64,000 nucleotides of DNA from Phoronis australis (lineage: Eukaryota > Animalia > Phoronida), in assembly GCA_002633005.1 (NCBI GenBank), contig NMRA01000578.1, positions 69,298-133,297 of the forward strand. Direction: 5' to 3'. The first letter of the stretch is position 1. Each line of letters starts with the position of its first letter. Of this stretch, positions 51,281 to 61,184 are shown piece after piece. The translations under genes and the position numbers were made by a program. The notes beneath the pieces are model-generated. The model was not told the DNA's origin and did not search any database. It saw nothing but the letters and a program-made list of their open reading frames with translations.

Positions 51281-52515
51281 ATGACCTCCTCCTCAAGTGC
51301 CCTGCCGGTAGGCGTTGGCGACCATGGTTCTCCATCTGTCTCTCTCGTTGCTTCAATGGTGACAGTATTTACCGGTGTTTGCAGCCACGTGGACATTCCA
51401 TACTGTAGTTTTGTTCTTTGGCGCCCTCGACTTCGCTTCCCGTCTAGTTTACCAGTTGTTACCAGGTGTTCTAGTCCACCTCTCCTCATTATATGACCAA
51501 AGAACTTTGCTCGTCTTCTTCTGATGTTGTTCAGTAGTGTTCGGTTTGTGTCTGCCTCACTCAGTACCTCTTCGTTTGTCTTTTTAACCGCCCATGGGAT
51601 TCTTAGCATTCTTCTTAAGAACCACATCTCTGCTGCCACCAGGTGTTTTATGGATTGAGAGTTCATTGTCCATGTTTCACAGACATAATGTAGTGTTGGT
51701 TCTATATAGCATTGGTATATTCTTTTCCGTAAGTTGATGGGTACTTTGTTGAAAGGTGTTTTATACTTTGGATGGCTGAATTTGCTTGGCCTATTCTTGA
51801 CTTGATTTCACTAACATTACAGCGTTCTGGCGTTCAGTAACTTTTCCAGACGTGAGGGGTGCTGAACGTGCGATAACATCTGGCTCTTTTGTTAACTGCC
51901 CAGCTCAGTCTTTTGTCCCGTATGATAACAAGCAGGCCAATTATCTTCCACGCTTCAAAGGAAACGTATGGTGGGTGGTTGCACGCTATTACAGAACGCG
52001 TATGAACACAATCAAACCCAGTGCGTTGTAATCCGTTTGGACAGAATAGATTGTCTTAACTTCTGTTGTAGTTGGGCGATTTTGCTGATTCAAAAACGGA
52101 ACATGATCAGCATTTGACGAGGAATTCAGAAATGCTATTGGTTTAAGCTCAAGTATGTTATAACTAAACTTTCATTTTTAGCAGCCCAGCCCAGTCAGGC
52201 TAGAGACGATCTGATCGGAGATTAGAGCAAATATCGAACAAAAGAGCGCAGGCCCTCCAACCATAAATGCCAGTCGAGTAAGATATTGGCTACGGGGGTA
52301 AATTTCCCACCTTCTTGTTGGGCTATAGAATCGAACAAGCTGGGAGCAACGGGATGTCGGCGTCATGAAACATTTTCCATCTGCCGAGATCGTGGTTCCG
52401 AGGTATTTGAAGTTATCCACTTGTGTTAATGCTTTCCCATTGACTGTGACATTGCATCGGGGGCATATTGCTTTTTTGTTATTACCATTGTTTCTGTTTT
52501 CTTGGCATTAAGATC
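51281..52515 (-). mobile_element. 5'-truncated RTE-clade LINE (C-terminal RT region), degraded and interrupted
   Basis: QVDNFKYLGTTISADGKC (52423-52370), then EIKSRIGQA...LRKRIYQCYIEP..YVCETWT..AEMWFLRRMLRIPW..TNEEVL...FFGHIMRR...GKLDGKRSRGRQR; (GAG)n tail at ~51285-51293. Confidence 0.85.
51819..52368. mobile_element. Unclassified ~550-bp insertion splitting the RTE LINE
   Basis: The LINE reading stops at DGKC and resumes at SEIKSR; the insert is flanked by AACATT direct repeats (51813-51818, 52369-52374). Confidence 0.6.
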
Positions 52516-54401
52516 TGACCAAAGTATATAAAGTCGAGTTATTGATTCACAACGGCTTTATGTCATCAACACTGAATCGGCGTACGCTCACGCGGCCTCG
52601 GTGCCCGGTCGATTACCTTTGCACGTGAACCCGGTAACGCAGTGGTTTATTCATTGCTGGCTTCTCAAAACATTTGCACTCACGAATACTCCAAAGGCAT
52701 TACAAATTGTATCTAATGAGACGGCCTTGTTTCAGTTTTATATACATGCGCGCACCCAGCCTTCAATATGAGGGGCTCAAATTCTTGACGTCGTGGAGTT
52801 TTTGCTAACAAAATAGCGGACAGACTAAAGAAAAACAAAAAAGTGAAGTGCGCGTTTGCGCTTATTTGGTGGACTTTTGTACCATTTACTCGGACTTTTT
52901 GTCGCTCAGGGGCAGACCTTTTTTGCCCACTTCACCAAATGAGGGGCTCGCATGATATAAGCATTGGAAGTCAAAAAATCGATATACCCGCTTTCCTCGG
53001 AGCTGCATAGTTCGGACAAGCGGGAACGATGACATGCACTCTACAAATGAACCACTGACGTCGCTGCGTCGTTTCTCACCTTCCTTACAGGTTAACGCGA
53101 CACCTCTCGGGAAGGTAAGGTCGACTGTATGCGAGGCGATGTGGATAGACCGATTAAGACGGTAAAAAAGACTAATTAAATCGGGTGGCATCCTCCTTTA
53201 AGTGAACCCCATCTGGTACTGCTACTTAATTTCAGTACTCTATCTAGTCGTTCTTACAATAATAGCCTTAAGTAATTTCAGTGGCTGATGGCCTCTTTTC
53301 CAAGTCGTAAATTAGGTGTGCGAGATGTGTTAACATTCCTGTCTGTCAAACAGACCTAGACTTCCTGCACACTTATTTTAAACCACGCTGTTAGATGTTA
53401 CCTTTACTAAAAATCTTGGGAAGGTATTTTTCCTTGTTAATATTTGTTCCCCCCGAGGTGCGTTACCTGGGGAAGAACGGAGAATGACAATTGCAGATTT
53501 ATATTTGGACCCGTGAAGTAGAGATCCTTGGTTATTTTGGAAAGACATTTTTTCTGCTCAGTTATGGTTGCCTTGCCGCATATGGGCACACAACAAAATA
53601 TGTCGTAAACACCCCGTAAAAGGACCTCGTCTGCTGCATTGGCTGTCATTGAGAAGACAGGCGCAATACGGCTCACCATTGAATGCGGTTTGTGGTACGA
53701 ATTCTATTTTTTTATGTTTGCCTCTTTAGCTTTGAAGTCCCTAAGTGTATTTCCATGAAATGTGGCATATATGTGTCTGTTAGGGCCCACAAGAAGTCTT
53801 ACCATCCTGAACTAGATTCACACATTCTGCGTTTTAAAGTGGCCATTTTATACTACTAATAATCACAAAATTGCGGTGTAGTTGTGGTCACATTTCAATG
53901 CCGTCTGGCTCTTTTTGCTAAATGTAAGAACCGAAGTGTTTGGTTTGCCCTTTAGGCTATAGCTTTGGAGACCACAAAAGTTACCCAGACTTCTTGGCTT
54001 CTGGCCCACATACAAAGGTGCTAATCTGGCGTTACATACACAGTGTATGGATTGACAATAACGTCTTAGTTCTCTTCCAACATCAATTAACACCAATTCG
54101 AATCTAGTATTCTAAAAAATTGGGCATACTTGTGATGTGTTGGCCTATGATAAATATGTGTGTTTATATTTTTTAAGTGATACATAATTATTTATTGAAG
54201 AATACACAAGACATACAAAGAAATGATGACAAACCCAGAAATCGCGAAGCATTATATCTGGGTTGTAAACAATTCATAAATGAAACTAATATACATAGAG
54301 GTATATATATTTAAGTAGTATCTAATATAAGTATCCCAATATTTAGATATGTTATTGCGAATATATAAAAACAAATACATGTACATTTTCGTGTATGGAA
54401 A

Positions 54402-54745
54402 TCAGAAGCAGCAATATTGATAAACGGTACATAAAAAATTGCTAACGTTGTTTAGGAGGAATTCATTGAGAACGACGTCAAAGTTAGGACTACCATTCAA
54501 TAATAATGTTACTTTAGTAGGGATATTATTACAAGAATTGAGAACATTAATAATTGATTGGTTTTCATTGAGTGCACGAAAAGGTGAGTCTCTCAGGTAT
54601 TCGATGAGGGGACATTTGAAGAAAGTATGAGGATAAGATTGATGGTCACTACATTTACAGTTGGGAGAAACATTACTAAAGTTATGCCTAAACTTGAAAG
54701 AATTGAGGAAAAGACCACATCTTGATCTGTACAATGCTATTTCGT
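54402..54745 (-). mobile_element. CR1-group LINE ORF2 3' end fragment
   Basis: R.RCGLFLNSFKFRHNF..VSPNCKC....SYPHTFFKCP....R......LLLNG......N..L...V.NF matches the CCHC-containing C-terminus of invertebrate CR1-like ORF2; AT-rich tail follows. Confidence 0.65.
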
Positions 54746-57700
54746 TATCGCGGGGAAGGGAGAATTGAGTTAAGGGTGCTGAGTTATCAAAATTGTGAAA
54801 AACAGTTCTAAAATTATTTTTATACTCGTAAAAGAGTTGCTTTGTGTTCATATTGAAACGACACACATGCGTCAATTTCCGGAATCGTTTTGCCCATACG
54901 ATTTGTTGTGCCAAATCAAACCAATGAAAACTTCGCGCCTTATTTTCCATGATTACTGGTGCCCAAAGTAATCCTTTGCTGGACACGTCAACAATGTAAA
55001 AGATTCTGATATATTCGACTACGAAGCATGATGACAACTCGCTCACCTGTCGCACTCGTTTTGCGCCTAGTTTCACAAGGAACGTTCTTTAGTAAATGGA
55101 CCGTTTTGCTTGGCTGAGTCAGTAGAGAGACCAAGCACAGTGTTTTCTTCTTCTTAAAAATCATGCATGGAGAATAAATGAAATGATTAACAATGCGGGT
55201 CCGAAGAAACAGACAGGCGTCACCTTGGACAAATCCGTAGACCGCATGCATCCATGGCCTAGCGAAAAAATAAAACGTGATGAAAAGAATATTGCACACT
55301 CTACTGAGATGTGTCGGTGCGTTTAAAGGCATTTTTGTCGGTAAACTTATGACCACACACTGTAACTTTGAAAAGAGCAACGTTTACTTCCTCGATTTGG
55401 ATTCTTCGTCTATTATCTCCATGGTAACGTGCATCATCCGTTAAATATTCATCATTTAGTCTGACTCTGGTCGCTCGTGATCTCATCTTTCAGCAGCTCA
55501 TACACAGGCTCCTCATCGAGATCTTGAACAAAACGGAATTTTGTAAGCATGCAACATACACGCCTCACCTTATCTTAGTTACATCACAGACATTGAGTAA
55601 TTTTTGTTGCACATGGCTGGTTTTGTCAAAGGTCGCGCGCCCAGTCGTAGCCAAACGTAACGTGATTTCGACAGCTTCCGCCCGAAATATCGTTTTCAGG
55701 ACACCACGAGACTACGCACTTTTCGGGTTTTGGAACCAAGTAAGCTGTTGTGTTAGTGGTTTTTAAAAGTTATTCTAAAATTGGAAATGAATGATACAAA
55801 TCCTTACATGTATCCATGTACATGCGTTGTTGACTCGTTCTCGTTTTATAACGTTTTCGTGTCAGTAACTGAACACTTTTGGGCCCAGGTCTAATCCTTT
55901 TACTCGTTTTCGAACTCCAAATTATTTTTAAGATGACATTTAGTCAAAAGGAACAACTGGAAATAATCTCGTGTACGTAGATTAGACCCAGGGAGCTGGA
56001 AATAATCCTATTAGGTTCTATGGTGCTTAAAGGATCATCCTCATTAACTACCCTATTCTGTATGTGTCAGTAAAAATTTCGGATACGACCGCATTAGCTA
56101 CAACTGGGTATAACACCTTTGATAAAATTGATTTTTGTAATGAAGTGGTCAAGAATGTGATTTAGACAACCTACATTAAAGCCACTACACTTTGTTGCCA
56201 TTTTTACTATAGAGTTTCGGTTTGGAAAATATCCTGGGTAAAAATCCCACTATCCATGAAGCAAGTAACACCGTAGGGATACTACTTTGTGTTGCGTAGT
56301 CTACATGAACGGCACCAGAAACAGCTCCCATACCGACAGGATTTCCGCAATCAAATCTTGTCGAATTTACACACAGTTGGCGTATATAACTAGGTAAATT
56401 TTGAGAGAATATACGTGGCACTGGCTGAATTATCCAGGCAGACAACTTTCATAAGCAAATTTACTCCTAGGCGTGTATTTGGGTTAAGTTTTCAGTCCCT
56501 AAAATGCCAACTGCCGAATATTCGCCAGGCTTCTAGTTTTCGCAAGGCACTGAGACTGATATTCCCCAAGAGTAGAAAGTTGCACACTCGGAGTAGCCGG
56601 TCTTGCTTTCTCGTGACCATCATAGCAATGTTTCCCCACGGGCTAAATGCTTTTCCCGTACTCCAGCCCTCAATCCACAATTCTCTTTATGCGGGTACTT
56701 TCTCTCTTTGAAAACGAGCAGCCCGTAAAAAGAAAATTAGTTCGTGAGGAAAGAAATGTAGTTCACGAGAGTGTTCGAAAATATTTATTATGTGCCGCGG
56801 GCAAAGAAGGTTATTCCTTTTTTGTGCGAGTACTTTTAATTTTCACTCTTTGGAAACAGTTTTTGTGGAAATAAAAATGGCTCAGGAGAAGGGGAATTTG
56901 TAAGCTAATATTCGCCTAGTGTGACAATGTAGTGCAATACGTAGTTAAAAAGAAATTTGTTCATTAAAAGCAGTGCTCCTGAAAACTTCAATGTGCTAGT
57001 GAGGAGAAGAAGAATTTGACCTCACAACCGGCACTTGTCATCACATGCTTGGAATGCCAATTCTTGCATGTGATTAGAGAGCATACGTCATCATCACGTT
57101 GAGAACTGTGTGAAACTTTATGGCAAGTAAGAGACTTAGGGCCCCCATTTTATCAATTGTGTAAAACGTGTAAAATTCTGAAGCAGAAAGAATGCCGCAA
57201 ACTACCTAGCTCTCGCCTGTAAAAGGTTCCCCAGAACCTTCGCCGAGATAGGAAAATTCGACAAACTTCCCTTTTTGTTCCTTGGCATTCCTTACATCTT
57301 CGTAGAAGCGAACGACGAAGTTGTCCTGAAGGAATGAATTACGAATTTTAAGGGTTAAAAGCTTGAACACAGACTATGCGAGCACCCAGCCTAAAGATTG
57401 GGAGGCTCGAATTTTTGAGAACGCAATACGACGTTCAGAGGTATGAATTGATTCGCTGAATTTTGGTAAAAGAAAGAAATACGTCGCACTTTTACTGGCA
57501 GGCAGGGCATGATGCCCATTCGTGCAACAAGTGACTTCCCGCAGTTGCTAAACGTTGCCCATGTCAAACCAAGCCATGAGCCTCTGACGAGTCACGGGAA
57601 TTTGGCAACAATGCTTCTAGATTATTTCAACCAGTCCTCGTTCTGTCACCTATAATAATGCATTATTGGCGTTAACTTTTGAAGTTAAAGACAGGTATCA

Positions 57701-57764
57701 ACTACAACTCAATATACTCCCTATCTCTTAAATTTGACATTGTGGTCTATAGTGGGTGGGCCGC

Positions 57765-58745
57765 AGGGTGTCCAAAAAGTACTGACAGTCTGATTTGAAT
57801 GCTTGCACGTGGAATTCGTAAGTCATAAAAGTGGCCCTTACTGATTAGTTTTGCGTTTGTGTACACAAACTAGTTAAAATGTCATTGCTGTGGATTTGGG
57901 AACGTGCACACATCCAAAGTGGATTTACTCTCTTGGGACACTAAGCCCTCGTTCTAATTATCGAATTAACTTTTGTTTACCATGCAAGTATTAGGCCTAT
58001 AACCTTTATCATGCAAACGAGATAAGGCCGCTGAATGACAAATTCGTATGACTTGTGTGACAAGAATAACATATCCTTGTCTACATAATTAGAGAGCAAT
58101 TTTCTAGAAAACAACGAACATTGTTTCCAACGATACCAAATGCTAGATTTATTGTGTAAGCCATGTAACCTTTTAGGCTGGCATGTCCATATATTCAAGT
58201 ACCGAATACAAAGAGAACTATTTATCTTTAATTTGGAACAAATTTAAATGCTATATAGGACCACAGAAAATGTCGGCTCACGGCAGAACATATCTCAGAA
58301 CTTCCTGAATGCATTATATAAGAGCCAGCCCCGGAAATCGCTTTTGCATTATATCCAGGTTCCCATTCATTCCTTTGCTTACGTTCACTAGTAAGACCGA
58401 GCTCAGAGGAATAGGGGTGAACTTTTCAAGTGAAATTATATTTAACACAAATATGCCGGTTTCTACTACTATTTTAAGCTGTCTTATAAAAAGCAATATT
58501 CTACTCTTCTCATACCACACTTTATTCTTTTCATTAACACATTAAGGGACGTTCTTTGCTTGTTTTCACCAGTGACAAGTGGACATATTCTAAAAGTCAT
58601 GAGAATAATATTTTTCAAGATAAGAAATTTCACTTCTTGGGAACGACACTAAAAGAATTCAAATATCGTTGCAAATCACTTTCATGGATACACTAAATTA
58701 AATTCTGTGGGAATTCAAACGAGTGTCATTACTTTTGGGACACTT
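57765..58745. mobile_element. Tc1/mariner-like MITE remnant
   Basis: CAGGGTGTCCAAAAAGTACTGACAGTC..TTTGAAT is inverted relative to ATTCAAACGAGTGTCATTACTTTTGGGACAC (58713-58743). Confidence 0.5.
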
Positions 58746-59337
58746 TGCGCGCGTGCCATAAACTTTGAGTCACTACGTCATACTCGACTAAGGCAGCAAT
58801 CATAAAAACTTACCCAGACCTCGGAGAAAGCATGTGAGCACCCTTTTGGCGACGTCGGCAAAAGTAGAAATACAGACAAAAATCCAATAAAAAGAAAGGA
58901 ACTACCAAAATTCGGCGCATGCAAAATTCATAGCTCTGAACGTACCCCGTAAATCTTTGTAAAATGAGGTACACATTCTCAAAAATTCGAGCCCCCTCCC
59001 CATTTTTAGGCTGTGTGCGCGCATGCAAAGAAGTAACTATACGTCACATGATGTGACCAAAAGATGGCGTTTAAAAACACTAAAAATTCGTACTAAATGT
59101 ATCAGCGTGCTGATTTATAACAGCACAAAAGAGACAAGAGAATATAACAGTTCTGATAGGAGCCATGTTCCATCTTTTTCGAAAAAACAAGCGGCATCTT
59201 GACAACTGAAAGCAGAGCTTAGCTTTCCTTACATGATGTCAGGTCTGCCAAAAACTATGAACAGACACAAAAACATTTCGAACGGGACTAATAAAATTCG
59301 CTGTTATCTTAGTGGAAACCAAAATAACATAAGTAAC

Positions 59338-59673
59338 AGTATAAGAATCAATAAATCGGTTGGACTTGCGGTACGTGGAGATGGCTACGTTGCGTCCTCT
59401 TCTCTAGAGGAGAAAATTGGTTTCGGAGAGGGGTCAAAGAAGCTAACTACGAGAGAATTGAGAATCCTAGCCTCAATGGACAGGGGGGCTGCGGTTTCAC
59501 TTACCTGAGACATGGGATAGGGCGCTGAAGAGAATCCCGCGGAAACTGTACGACAGATCACATGACAAGTCACGTGACAACTCAGTGGCCTGATAAAGTC
59601 CTCGAGAGGAGGACGCAACGTAGCCATCTCCGCGTACCGTAAGTCCAGTAATAGATTTATTGATTCTTATACT
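59338..59673. mobile_element. MITE with ~75-bp terminal inverted repeats
   Basis: AGTATAAGAATCAATAAATC...GGAGATGGCTACGTTGCGTCCTC is mirrored at 59600-59673; ORFs on opposite strands share SIRINKS..L.VRGDGYVASSS. Confidence 0.8.
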
Positions 59674-60135
59674 ATGACCCAACTGGATGACTGAAAACAT
59701 TCATCGTATTAACATAAGTAACAGATTAGCTATCCGCTAAACCCGCAAAAAGACTGTTGTGATTTAGGCCACGTACCTTTACTAGTTTCTTGCTAATTTT
59801 AGACGATTTCTGAGCTTTATTATTGCTTGAGGCAAAGCTCGACGCCTGAATTACCCGCCAGTTCCAGTCGTTGATCTCGAGCAATACCAAACTGTCCGTT
59901 CGTAGCCAGAAGTTATTTATAATCTGATTACGTACAATTTTGAGACAAACGTGAAGTCCTCTAAATAAAAAAATACTTTTTGATAAAAGGTGGGTTTGTA
60001 GCCTGCACTTAACTTGAATATTGGACCTTACTAGTGTGCCAACATGTAAGTTAACTTTGTTGTGATCTGCGCCACTCTTTGAAGTAAAGATCGATTTCTT
60101 AGCATATACAAAGCAGCATTGAATTTTTTTCTTAC

Positions 60136-60417
60136 CGACCGGAGAGCACTGGTAGACCACACTTAAATATTTGCTGGTTCCCGGACACGGATCACCAAAG
60201 ACGGTATTCACTGCTTTCAGTGAACAGCTACGTTTATTCTGACATCGACACTCGGCGGCGCTAAGTGATGCCAGTGAAGAGCACCCAGTGGTTATATTCG
60301 GCCCACTCTGGCAGATCTTCGTATCGTTGCGACCGTATAGGGCTGACAGAATCTTCAAAGCTCTACCCTTTGTGCACGATAGCGTCATCGTTTGCGATTC
60401 ACATGCCGTCTTCGATT
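60136..60417 (-). CDS. SUEL-type / L-rhamnose-binding lectin domain exon
   Basis: gacag|AA...GTC G|gtaaga (282 nt, phase 1-1). ACESQTMTLSC...ILSALYGR...C...C...C.NKRSC...VFGDPCPGTSKYLSVVYQC carries the YGR, DPC and KYL motifs and the Cys pattern of Gal_lectin domains. Confidence 0.88.
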
Positions 60418-60751
60418 CTGTCGTACACAAACATAGCTTAAGCTTACCATTGTTGACTTTTTACTATTGAGAACAGATATTTCATTTGCGGAACACGCTT
60501 GAAAACCTGACTAGATGCATCTACGACTTTGAACTTTTTACTTTCAAGTAGACAAAAGACTATGTTGTATTGAGCAACAGTCCGATCGTGCACATAGACA
60601 ACAACAAAACCCATTTATGCATTAATTCCGCATCTTCTGGTGGTGGCGGTAGCGATGGTGGAGGTGGTGGTGATGATATATTGGTGGTGGTATTAATGTG
60701 TATTATTTGCAAACTACGCTATATTTTACATCGTTCGTGATAAGTACTTGC

Positions 60752-60809
60752 CTGGCAACGGCGAAAGAGAGAAGCACATCGGCAAACACGAGGAGCAGTA
60801 TTCTTTCAT
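60752..60809 (-). CDS. Putative first (signal peptide) exon of the lectin gene, apparently frameshifted
   Basis: ATG AA|AGA ATA CTG CTC...: RILLLVFADVLLSFAVA is signal-peptide-like but one base out of frame with the ATG; donor CAG|gcaagt. Confidence 0.45.
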
Positions 60810-61103
60810 TTCCGAAATGGATTTATTTCGCGCTTGTTGTAGGCTGCTTGTCAGGTCATTGTCTGCCAAAATAGAAAGTGGTTTTGTTAACGTTTATAAA
60901 GTTTTATAATTGCATTTGAACGAAGTAGCTCATCACCAAGAGCGCTGTCCGGTCTCTCATACATGACATGTTGCTGAAAAAATTGGAAATTAACATTTGA
61001 GTTGGCCGAAAATATCCTAATAGGCTCAGGTCTATGCTTCACATAATTTGAAAACTGCGCCTCACGACTGGCAACACGCGGCAATGGTAAAAAAATGGGC
61101 AGA

Positions 61104-61184
61104 TCCCAGCCCATTTCGGTTGGCATCAGGTGGCTCATGGGGTAAAGAAAAGGATCGCGACCCATATCAGCTGGCATCAGGTGG
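61104..61184. repeat. Diverged ~60-bp duplication
   Basis: ATC.C..CCCAT.TC.G.TGGCATCAGGTGG occurs twice. Confidence 0.6.

Larger units (their letters stand above)
50474..53197. mobile_element. Non-autonomous Kolobok-like DNA transposon with nested insertions
   Basis: TTAA|AGGAGAATGCCACCC (50470-50488) ... GGGTGGCATCCTCCT|TTAA (53183-53201): 15-bp TIRs with 1 mismatch, starting AGG, and a TTAA TSD. Confidence 0.75.

Noticed and set aside
54402-55076. 224-aa ORF as a host gene
   Set aside because: The C-terminal half is a LINE ORF2 remnant and the N-terminal half looks like chance read-through with no recognisable domain.
57208-57325. Minus-strand acceptor followed by protein-like DNFVVRFYEDV...
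   Set aside because: The phase does not match the lectin exon in that frame, there is no recognisable domain, and the donor is ambiguous.
59726-60135. C-terminal ~135 aa of the 234-aa lectin ORF
   Set aside because: It lies beyond a consensus donor (G|gtaaga at 60135), so it is intronic read-through.
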